From positions 1-64,000 of the forward strand of contig QPMI01000036.1 in assembly GCA_004431415.1 (NCBI GenBank): 64,000 nucleotides of DNA, given 5' to 3'. The stretch is from Cyanophora paradoxa CCMP329 (taxonomy: Eukaryota > Plantae > Glaucophyta). Positions 37,764-48,204 of the stretch are shown here, one piece after another. The notes under the pieces were generated by a model that saw nothing but the letters and a program-made list of their open reading frames with translations, searched no databases and was not told the DNA's origin. The translations under genes and the position numbers were made by a program. Each line of letters starts with the position of its first letter. Within the stretch, counting starts at the first letter, position 1.

Positions 37764-38309
37764 TAGCGCTTTTGGCGGTTTTCTCCTAACGATGCAGCGC
37801 TTGTGTGAGCGGCACTCATTACAGGTTACGACGAGGACTGTCTCCGAGCGCGCTGGTGCTCGCGCGTCAGCAGTAATCAAACGAATGTAGGACGGATGCT
37901 CACGATGCACGCGAACGGTGCTGGATGCTCCTGCGACAAGCGGGCTGTTGCAGCGTTTACACACCGTGAGCTTGATACTGGCGTCCCTGCGCAGCGATCA
38001 ATGGCCCCCGGGCTCATCGAGCGGTATCCGCGCACAACCGAATGAGGGCCTTTGTGCCGATCTTGCGCATCGTCGCCGCGTAGAAGCGCGCAAGCGCAGG
38101 GTTATGCGGCATGGTGTGGAACGCGGCCTGGTAGAGGTAGCTCATTCGCTGGAGCGCGTCTCCAACCTTCTCCTGCTTCTCCCGGACCTGCTTCGACGGG
38201 CGCTTCCCGTGCGCGGGCTGCTGCTGCTGCTGTTGCGGCGGCGGCGGCGCTGGTTGCGACGGTGCAGGCTTCACGGCGGACGCCTGCGCCGGCCCGGTCT
38301 CGTCCATAA
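37749..38309 (-). CDS. RPP21: RNase P subunit Rpr2/RPP21 family
   Basis: QRMSYLYQAA...LARFYAATMRKIGTKALIRL|D.SIKLTVCKRCNSPLVAG.SSTVRV|...VVTCNEC zinc ribbon; two introns. Confidence 0.9.
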
Positions 38310-38405
38310 CCTCCGCCTGTCTCAGGCTGCTCAGCCAGGCTACCGGACTGTCTCAGTCTCTGTCAGTCTGAGGCACAAGGGTACAAGCAGACGCGGCGCC
38401 CGAAC

Positions 38406-40848
38406 ATGAGCCGCGAGAGGCTCTACTTCGGCATCGCATGCCTCGTCGTGGCGTGCATCTTCCTGGCTGGAGCGGCCCCCACGCAGGCCGCCGCTGTCAA
38501 TCCATGGGTCGTGCGTCCGGCGACTCTCGCGCCGCCTGAGGCCCCTATCCTATACGCAGCCGCGTTCGAGCACTAGCGCGCAGGACAAGTACGAGGACTG
38601 GTACCAGAACGGGACTCTGTGGTGCTCCCCGCGGACGCCGGTGTGCATCGACAAGCTGCCGAACATATCGAGTCCCTCGTTCCGGGCTAGGGTCCGCAAG
38701 CGCATCGAGATGCGGCTGCATCCGCGCTTCAACCCGTACAAGTTCGACGGCGCCTACCTCGCCGAACTCTCCGACAAGCTCAGCGCCGTGTGCGACAACC
38801 GGTCCCGCCTCATCATCTCGTACGCCGGTAAGCGGATCTATCCCGCGCGCTCTTATTGTATTGCCAACCGATCGCGCAGACGCCGCGTACGCCCCGATGC
38901 TCCACAACTTCCTGCTGTCGGCGCAGAGAGCGGGGGTGCTGAACGTCACGTTCGTCTTCGCGATGGACGACTACATCGACCGCCTCATGGACCAGTTCGG
39001 CGTGCCGCACATGCTGCTGCCGGAGGTGGCCCGCACGAAGGGCGGCCTCGGAAAGTACCTCTTCATGTTCAACACCCTCATGCTTGGCTACTCTGTCTTT
39101 CTCATCGAGCCTGACGTGTACGTCGGCTCGAACCCCTTCGAGCACCTCCGCTGGCAGTGCGACCTCTCCTTCCAGTCCGAGGTGCGCCACCCCGTGCCCC
39201 CGAAATGCGGGGGGCGGCTGGTGGAGCGGGGTTCGGCAGGGGTACTTCTGGAAGGACGTGTCGAAGGAACACGTGAATATCGGGGACTTCTTCGCCCGCT
39301 CGAGCGTTCGGACTGTCTCCATGTGCGGCCGGGGCCCCCGCTGCAGTCTCGCAGCGCTCGCTCAGCCGTGCCCAGGTTTGGGGAGATGATCGAGCAGTTC
39401 CGCTGGGACGCCTGGGACCAGCAGGCCAGCCCAACCCCCCCCCCCCCCCCCCCCCCCCACCCCCCACCCCCCCCACCCCTCCCCCGTCCCTCGCCCCTCC
39501 CCTCTCCTTCCCCCCCCCTTACCCCCCTCCCCTGCCCTTCCCCCCCCCCCCCCACGCCCCATTCAGCCCTCGAACTGGCACACGCAGCTCTTCAACCACA
39601 TCCTGAAGAACAACTGGCTCCGCATGAACCTCACTCTCTGCGCTCTCGATATGCACAGTTTGCCCCGCCCTGCCCGCCCCAGCCCCGTTTCTGCTGATCT
39701 GGGACCGCCTTGTCGCAGTGTATATGAAGTAATCACCGTCCCTCCAGCGCCCGTCTGCACTTCTTCGGACGCTAACGATGGTCTTAGCGGTGGCCTGTAC
39801 TTCTGGCTGCCGCACCTGCGCGCACGCTCGACTCCGATCGTGACAGTGCACAACTCGTTTGTCGAGCCGTCGTACAAGGCGCGGGCGCCGCCGCGCGCAC
39901 CGCCGCACACCTCACGCGCCGCAGATTCACATGTTCCACCGGGGCGACCTGTGGCTCGTGCAGGACGACGACGCCTTCTGGGGCGGCCGCAAGTACCTCA
40001 CCTTCTCCACCGGCGCGCCCCTCCGCCCGCCCGCCCCGCCCCGCCCCGCCCCGCCTCACGCCCCGCAGACATGGAGAAGCCGATCGAGCAGCACTTCCAC
40101 GTGGGCCCTAGCCCTGCCCCCTCCTCGCCGCCCGCTCGAGACGGGGCCGCGCAGGCGCTGCGGATGGCGGCGCTACTGGCGCACGGCCTCAACCGAACCC
40201 TCGTCCTGCCCAGGGTGCAGTGCCGGGGCCACCCCGCCTGGGACCTCTTCCAGATCCGCGAGCTCCTCTACTGCCACGTCGACCACTGGGCCGACGTGGC
40301 GCGCCTGCAAAGCCACATGGACACCCGGCCCCCGAACGTCGACGAAAACGCCGCGCTGCGCGCGCGCTTCCTTACGCCGGAGGGTGCGGGGGCGGGCCGG
40401 GCCGGGACGGGGCAGGGCGCGGGGCGGTGACGGGGCGCGCAGTGATGCCGAAGTACGACGTCGTGCTGGACACGGACCTCGCGTACAGGGACCTTGTGGC
40501 GGACCTAGGGCGGGCCCCCTTCACCGGCTCCGCCAACCTCCGCTTCGACGGTGACATCACCACCGCCTATGACTTCAAGAGCGTCCCCGTGCAGGCGCTT
40601 CTCCCCCCACCCCCCCTCCCCGGCGCGCCCCGCGCCCCCTCACGGCCCTGCAGCTCGCGCGCTGGATGTCCGAGGAGGTCATTCGCTGCGTAGGGATGCG
40701 TTCCTGGGAGAAGGACGTCGGCGAAGCCGGCGGCACCTGGTCCGTGCCCCCCGACTGTGGCCTCTCGAAGGTGAAGCCCGCGCACCTTCTCCGGTCCAGC
40801 CGCCTGTCGTGTCGACGTCTGACACACAAGCAGTGGAACTGGTGGTAG
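38406..40848 (+). CDS. Golgi glycosyltransferase, nucleotide-diphospho-sugar transferase (GT77-like) with O-fucosyltransferase-like C-terminal part
   Basis: Signal/TM N-terminus; LGYSVFLIEPDVY...NPF...DLSFQSE, VNIGDFFARS, WDQQ|LFN, and later ALLAHGLNRTLVLP. Confidence 0.75.
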
Positions 40849-41089
40849 GAGCATTGGTGGTGGTGACAGACATAGAGGCGCACTCCGCGCCCGTTCGCCC
40901 GTTGCGCGATATCGATGGAATATTCGAGTATCTGTGATGATTTAGCTATCTTTTTAGCTATAGGCCGCAGGACAGGCAGGAGATCGTCTAGATCAGGTGA
41001 AGACTCCGAGAAATTCAGCGGTTACAGCTGACTCAGTGATCGCGATCGATCCTGGCGAATATTAATGTCCAGTAGCGAAGAAAGTCCGA

Positions 41090-42285
41090 CGGTCTAGATG
41101 CCATGATCATAATGCCATGATGCCATGATCATAATGCCATGATGCCATGATGGTTGCCCATGGCCACATTCAGTGACTGTGCCATTGTGCCCACCATGGC
41201 CACGCGTACGTCCGTATACGTATACGTGGCCATGCATGGGCGGTACCGTATACGTAGTACCGGTCACCGTGGCACCGCCGGGCGGGGTGGCCAACTTGGC
41301 AATTGCAATTGCATGCGCAATTGCAACTGTTGAACGTTGCCAGTTGACATTAATAAAGTCATGATCATCGGATTCCGGATATCGATAGTCGGCGGTTACG
41401 AACCTCGGAAGTTTATGGCCCGGCCATGGGCCGGGACTCCCGGGACTCCGGGCCGGGCCCGGGGAGTCTCATGATCAGCCCCACGGTCACCGTGGCACCG
41501 GCCCGGCCGGTCACCGGGTACCGGTACTCAGTGACTCTATTGGTCAGACTCAAGATTTGAGACGTGTACGCGGGCCCCGGGCGGGGCGCCGCCCCCCCGG
41601 CCCGGCGGGCCGGCCCCCAAGCCGCACGAGGGACCGTCACGGCGTCGACGTCGACGTCGGACGTCGACGGGCCGCGGGACCGGATCTTCTCCGGACTCGG
41701 ACCGTCGGACCGTCGGACTCGCGATCGAGACCCGAAGTTCCGAAAAAGTTCTAAAATTTTCGACCATGGCCATGGCCACCGCGCGCACACTGCACGGCGC
41801 TGACCTTGCAATTTCGGCGCCGGCCGGCCGCCGCCGCGGGCGGCCCGCGGGGCCGCCGGGCCGCAGGCCGGACGTCGACTCCGGGACCCGGTGACCCGAC
41901 CGTCGGACGTTGCGTCTGCCCCATGGCCAGACCGTCGACGTCAAGGCGTCGGACATTTCCAAGTTGCGTCTGCGTTTTTTTCTAGATCTCAGAGTCTATA
42001 CCATAGCTAGATCTAGACTCTGTGATTCACATTACATTTCATAGTAGACTCATGATCATGATCATGATCAAGTTTCTAGACTCATGATCAGTGACTGATC
42101 ACATGAAAGTTCGGCATGATTTACATATGCATGTGCATGACGCAGTGCAGAGCGGGTGATCATTACCGCATGATCATGAATTCGCAGTACCTGTGCAGGA
42201 AGTCTAATTATGGATGTATACACTGACATGCACATGCATATGCATACTATGATGATATGGGCCCTACTAGCCTAGTAGGGCTAAT
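41090..42285. repeat. Non-coding tract of nested short palindromes and micro-duplications
   Basis: Examples: ATGCCATGATGCCATG, CACCGTGGCAC (x2), GACGTCGACGTCGGACGTCGAC, GACCGTCGGACCGTCGGAC, CATGATCATGATCATGATC, TAGCCTAGTAG. Confidence 0.85.
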
Positions 42286-44121
42286 ACGCAAAGCCTTGCC
42301 ATGGGGCTGTGCATGCATCATACCTATACAGCATACTCGAAAGCAGTGCCCTTCTGGTAGAATGGGGCAGGCTCTGAGAGAGGCTCCCGCCGGAAACTCC
42401 CGAAGTAGAAAGTGCCGGAGTACAGGAAGCAGGCCACGAGGAGGCTGAGGTATGGGGCATGGGTTCAGAACAAAAAGTGCCTGGGTTCAGAAAGCAGGCA
42501 GGGGGCCGAAAATGTGCGCGCGTGGGAGGGGGGGGGGGGGGGGGGAGGAGGGGGGGAGGGGGGCGGGGGGAGGAACTTACGTCACGACGAAGAAGTAAAA
42601 TACGAGTGGGCCGATCATTTCTAGCCCGCTCGCCTGCCCCAGTGCGTACACCTACGGGATGGACGAAGGGCACGGAATCAGTGCAAGTGTAGCGTCCAGC
42701 TTCCTCGGCCCCGCTCACCTCGCTGTACGCAATGAGGCTCGCTGCCCCGCCCAGCCCCGTGGCGCCCAATATCTGAGCGCTGGTGCGCGTGTCCGCCCTT
42801 GTCCCTCCCTGTGTCAGCCCGCGTGGCAGCGAGCTGTTCGGCGTTGGAATGTGCACCCATTCAATGCCGAAAAGATGCAGACGGCCAGCGCCGTGGCGGA
42901 TGCGCCTGCCAGGCGCTCCGTGATCACCATGAGCTCGCTTGAGTAGACCCAACCAGCCCCATGGTACTTGGCTTCCGGGTAGAGCCTGGTGTCGGCGGGC
43001 CGGTGCAGCGTCAGGCCGGCTGAACATGGCGAGCAAGAGAGGCCGACCTCTCGACGAATGTGTAGGGGTGGGCGAGCTTCCACAGCCCGAATGCCAAGAT
43101 GAACAACGGAAGTAGAAAGACGAATAGAATCTCGAAGCTTCAGGATGAAGCTCCAGGTCAGCGAATCGAAAGCAGACACGAAAAAAAGTCCTGGAGACAC
43201 GAACAGCGTCAGGCCCGTCGCCTTCGAGAGCCCACGGTGAAGGCTCTTGTTGAGGTAGAGGCGCATGCAGGCTAGGAACGCTAGCAGTGCGTAGCCAATC
43301 CAAATAATCAGAGAAAGAACGGTCCCCAGAGTCGCTGGGGCAGGCTGCTGATGATGCGCTGTCGGCTGCGCATGCAGGGAATTGTTTGAGGGGATGCCGA
43401 CCCGGATTTCCGAAATTGGCAGGGCTAAGCACCTGGAGGAAATGGATATACATAGCCGCGCTTATGATGCAGGCAAGCGCCGTTGCAATCAGGCACGTGA
43501 ACGTGACCCTGTTGTAAGGGTGTTGTGTTTTCGACCGACCTGGGGGGTTGTGTTTTCGACCGACCTGTTGTTCGCACGGCGAAGGGCGAGCCAGAAGACC
43601 GTTGCGAGCGTCATAGTTATGATGGCGCCAATCCGAATCTCGACGAAGAAGATCTACGCGACAGAATTCATTTTTCAATGATTCGGATTTATCACTAGGC
43701 TTACGGAGTTGTACAGTGTCGTCTCGTTAGCAGAGAGGTTTGCTGGAGAAATAAATCAGTACGATTTCAATGTCTACTTTCGTTCCAGGACGCGCACGGA
43801 AAATGAAGCGCAGATGCGAGATCGGGCCTGCGAGGATGTTCGGGGCATCAGCTTCAGGTGTCATACCGGGCGGGCTTCGGCTGATACAGGACTGGGCTAG
43901 CCGGAGCACCCATAAGGAGCCAGAGCCCTGAACGAGGCTTGTCAGGCCTGCACATCGGAAGGCGGCGGCGCCGCACCCCAAACGAAGAATAGTAGCGGCG
44001 CCGCGAATAAGAACACACTTCCGAAGAGCAGCTGGTATGTAAGCAGCTTAGAAAGCGCAGGTATGTTGACGGGACGGCGTACCTGTTCAGCCTGCGAAGG
44101 GGCCGCCATCTGCGCAAGCAT
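42281..44121 (-). CDS. Hypothetical membrane protein, multi-exon (3' end unclear)
   Basis: Hydrophobic segments (LLFGSVFLFAAPLLFFVW; VTFTCLIATALACIISAAMYIHFL) and plausible short introns. No family recognised. Confidence 0.35.
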
Positions 44122-44526
44122 CGATGTAAGAGCACCGTAGGCAAATTACACCAACCAGCGCTAGTTAGCTCGATCGACGTCGACACGTCTTCGTATCGGT
44201 GCTCATATGCATCAGTTGCAGCTGCAGCTGCAGCTGCATTTTGCAGCTGACCAGTCTAGTCGCGGCCAGAGGTGTACGTGCCATGTCGCGACCAGTTAAG
44301 CGTACGTGCTTACGCCCACACGCACGCGCTTCTCGGCGCGCCTGGCGAACCTTATCTGGTAATCTCCGACTTCCACGGGTACAGCCCTCCCTTCGTCTTA
44401 CCGGGTACAGTGTCGTCCAGCAAGGTCCGCACGTTTGTCTCACCGCCGTCAGCCTTCCTCCTCGTGCCTGGGGCTCTCCAAAAGGCCCCGATGCCGCCTG
44501 AGGGAGCGCTTTTCTCCAAGCGCAGG

Positions 44527-45315
44527 ATGCTGCGGTCACTAGCAGGCAACGCGCGGGCGCTGCGGCGCGCGGCGTTGCCGGTCGCGTGCGTTCGCGCGTC
44601 TTTGGCGCCTGCATCTACTTCGGCGGGCTTCCACGCGTCCGCGGCCTCGCTCGCCGGCGAGTCCCCGATCTACAAGGCTGCCAGCATGCTCGGCAAGAAC
44701 ACGCCGATTCCGATGTCCCCCGAGGAGGCTACACTCGATCGCGTCCCCAACCCGAACCCCGGCACTCAGTACCTCGTGCGCTTCACGTGCCCGGAGTTCA
44801 CATCAATCTGCCCGGTCACTGGAGCGGTGCGCCACGCCGCGCGTGCCCTCTCGCGGCGTCATACGTGCGCTGTCCGTGGTCTGACACCGGGACGGTCGTC
44901 TCAGCCTGACTTCTGCCACCTCGTCATCGACTACGTGCCGCGGGACTACCTGGTAGAATCAAAGTCCCTCAAGCTCTACCTGGGCTCCTTCCGTAACCAC
45001 GGCGCCTTCCATGAGGCCTGCACCGTGATGGTGGGCCCGCTCCGCCCCCCGCCCCGCGAGGCCCCTGCAGCTGGCCGCGACCCCTCACCCCGCGCAGGTC
45101 GGACAGCGCCTCGTCAAGGAGCTTGACTGCATCTGGCTGCGCGTCGGCGGCTACTGGTGCGGACTCGCACCCGCGCCGCACCTCGCGCCCCTGACCTCTA
45201 TCTCAGGTACCCGCGCGGCGGCATCCCGATCGATGTCTTCTTCCAGACAGGCCCACCCCCGCCGGGCGTCTGGATTCCGGACCAGGGCGTGCCCACCTAC
45301 CGCGGGCGCGGCTAG
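44527..45315 (+). CDS. queF: NADPH-dependent 7-cyano-7-deazaguanine (preQ0) reductase, unimodular type I, with mitochondrial-like presequence
   Basis: Introns 44827-44904, 45031-45097 and 45157-45206 give ...[19 protein letters not shown]|[42 protein letters not shown]|[20 protein letters not shown]|[35 protein letters not shown]. The catalytic Cys/Asp, the QueF motif and the HE motif are intact. Confidence 0.95.
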
Positions 45316-45433
45316 TGTACCGCGCTTGCCCACATGAGAAATGTTATAAGAGCGACGCGCTGCCGCCGTTTGCTACTCGTGACGCTGCTACAATTTTGCG
45401 CGGTGGCGCTTGCGATTGCTCGCATGGGGAGCT

Positions 45434-47893
45434 TCAGCGGGGCCGGATCGTGATGGCGACTTCGCGGATCTCGCAGGCCTGCGCGGCAAGTGTGGCGGCG
45501 GAACGGCGAGTCCTCCCCTGGGGGGGCGCCACTGGCGCGGCGCCCCGCATGAAGCCTGCGCGGCGCTGCTCTGCGAGAAGAGCCTCGCGCTCCTCGGAGT
45601 TTAGCGCCGGCACGGCCTCCCGCGCCGCGCTGTACGCCAAGAAGAAGCCTCCGCCGGGCGCCTCATGTTCCAGTATCTGCGCCGCGTCAGACCGTCTGGG
45701 GCCTCGCCAAGCGACCCGTGTCGCACCTCGAGCTCAACCCCGCTGCCGACGGCGAACGAGGCGGCCGGCCTGCGGTGGCCCGCTGCTTCCGGCTCGAGAG
45801 GGCGCGCGACCAGAGGCACGCTGATGAAGAACACTGCCTCGGGCCCTTCTCTTTCTGCCTGAAAAGGATGCCGCATGAGGGAGGCGCCCCGCGCGCGCGC
45901 GCGCGCGTCCGAGGGGGCGCGCCTGGTCGACGGTGACCGTCAGATCTACCCAGAGGAAGCCTTCCCAGGCGCCAGAGAAGCCTCCCGAGCTCCACGCCCA
46001 CTGATGGCCTTGTTAGGGGCCGCGGGATCGGGGGCGGGGCACGCGACGCGCCCGCGGCGGGGCCTTGAAGGCACTCGTGTCAAAGGAAGCTGTCGACACG
46101 AGGGCGTAGCGCAGCGCCCCGCCCTCCGCCTCGGCCCCCGCGAGGTTCTGCGGGGCATCAGGCGCGGGGCGCTGGCTGCGAATCGGGACGGACCGTGAAG
46201 CTCTTGCTCCAGGCGACCGTGTCGGCGTCGCGAACGGTGACCACGGCAGCGAGCCGCCGGCCGGCCTGCAGCCGCGTCAAGCGCTTCGCGACGCCTGCAC
46301 AGGGGCGGGGCACCATCGCGAACTGCCGGACCATGCGGGTGCGGTGATCGGCCTCCGCCTGGCGGGTGCCTCAGTCGCGGGGGCCGGGGCGGGCGGGCGG
46401 GCACACGAGCGGGGAGAGAGGGCAGAGGACGCGGGCGACGAGGTCCTCGACGTGCGCCGAGTAGAGGAGCCCGAAGGGGGCGCCCCCCTCGCTCCACGAG
46501 GTCGCCAGGAGCTCACCGACTCCCCGGCCCGCCGCCCGCTCCGCACGCGCGACTGGACGCCCCGCCTCGGGGGCCGCGAGCGGGCGCGCCGGGGGCGGGC
46601 GGAACCGGCGTCGGAGGCGAGGGTGATCCAGGAGGAGCGGTCGCTGCGGCACGCGAAGAGCTGGCACTCCGCCTCGCCCAGGACCCAGCCTAACCCCGCG
46701 GTGAGCGAACGCCGGAGCGGTCGGGCGGCAGCAGCGGGAGCCTGCGATGGCGAGGGAAGAGTCGCGGCGGCGAAGGAGGGCGGGGAGTCCCCCAAGAGCA
46801 GCAGCAGGACCATTCGGCGCCTGCCCCTCCTGAAGCACCTCCAGGCGGGCTACTACGGCATTTGCAAACTGCCGCGAGGCGTCGGACGGCGGAGGCGGGG
46901 CCCGAAGGTGGCGACATCGAGCACGAACGTAGCGGGTGGTGAGAGGGAACCTGTGCCGCCCATCGATGATTAAAGCAAACCGCAGCATCCGTAGCGCCGA
47001 CCGCCGCTGCGCCAGCCTTCGCTATGTGGGCCACGCACAGCCAAACGGGAAAGGCGGACCTCCCTCGCAACCTTCTTCGGGTCCTCGTACCTGCGAGGGA
47101 GTCAAGACCGGGGCCGACGTTCGGGCGTTCGGGCGCACCTCACAAAGCTCTGACCGCGGGGTAGCGGGGCGTGCGGCCCCAGGGATCGAAAGGACTTCTG
47201 GCAGCGCCCTCGGACCCGCTCGAGCAGCTCGCGGCCCTCCCGCTCGTGCCGCTCCCGGTAGGCGCGGCGCCAGTCGCCCGCCTCGCCGATGCCCTCGTGC
47301 GCAGCGGCGAAGAGCTCAGCGCCGAAGTCCTTCTGGAAGCGCGAGCGCCACAGCGCCGATGCCTCGGCCAGGCGCCGCAGCGTCGAACAGGTCGAGCTCA
47401 GGGCGCAGAGCGAGGTAGCTCCACAGAAACTGAGGATGAGGGCAAGCAGATCCTCAGGAAGGCTCAGAAGCTTCTTGTCCGATTTGAGAGCGATGCGCGC
47501 TGGCCTCCGGCCCACCTCCGTCGCATTCAAGGAGCCGGACCGCGGTGCTCGCCCCCAGGAACTGCTGGACAGGATGCTGCTCGCGCTGCTCTCAGACAAA
47601 GGGCGACCCATAGGACCGCCGCCGCTGGAACGGCACGCGGGGCCAGCAAGGCTGCGGGGCCCTCCTGGAGCGCTGCTGGGCCCAGCAGGAGCGTTGATGG
47701 ACCCCCCTGGAGCGCTGCTGGGACCAGTTGAAGCGCTCATGGGCCCTCCTCGAACGCTGCTGTGTGAACCGGAGGCGCGCGGGGGCCGCGGAGGGCGAGC
47801 CGCCGCGCCTGAGGCGCTCGATGCTGCGGCCGGAGAGCTTCTGGAGGCCGGCCGGGGGATGCGGGATGGACCAGGACCAGGAGCGCCCTGCAT
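45434..47893 (-). CDS. F-box protein
   Basis: LLSLPEDLLALILSFCGATSLCALSSTCSTLRRLAEASALWR F-box. Downstream exons are approximate. Confidence 0.75.
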
Positions 47894-48204
47894 CTCTGCT
47901 GGAACCACCAGCAAGCTTAAGGAAGCGCGTTTGCTTGCACTACGTACCCCCCAAAGCCTGCAATTTGCAGAAAGAAACAGCCGCTGTTTGGCCTGGCCAG
48001 CTCTGGGGATTCCGAGTGGAGCATAGTGAGGCGGTGAGGCGTCTAGCAAGTCGTCTAGCACAGCTAGCTCCAGCTGTCGGCGCCTCGCAATGGGGGCGCT
48101 GCCACAGTCGCTACCTCGCTGCAGTTTCTAGTACAGTTGATATCTCCTTTTGCTGAAGGCGCTCAAGGGCAGTCGGCGAGGCTCAGCGCAAGACGCTCGA
48201 GGGG

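Noticed and set aside
44527-45315. queF as bacterial contamination or as GTP cyclohydrolase I
   Set aside because: It has three spliceosomal introns, a presequence and eukaryotic neighbours. It carries the QueF motif and catalytic Cys and lacks the FolE zinc-ligand pattern.
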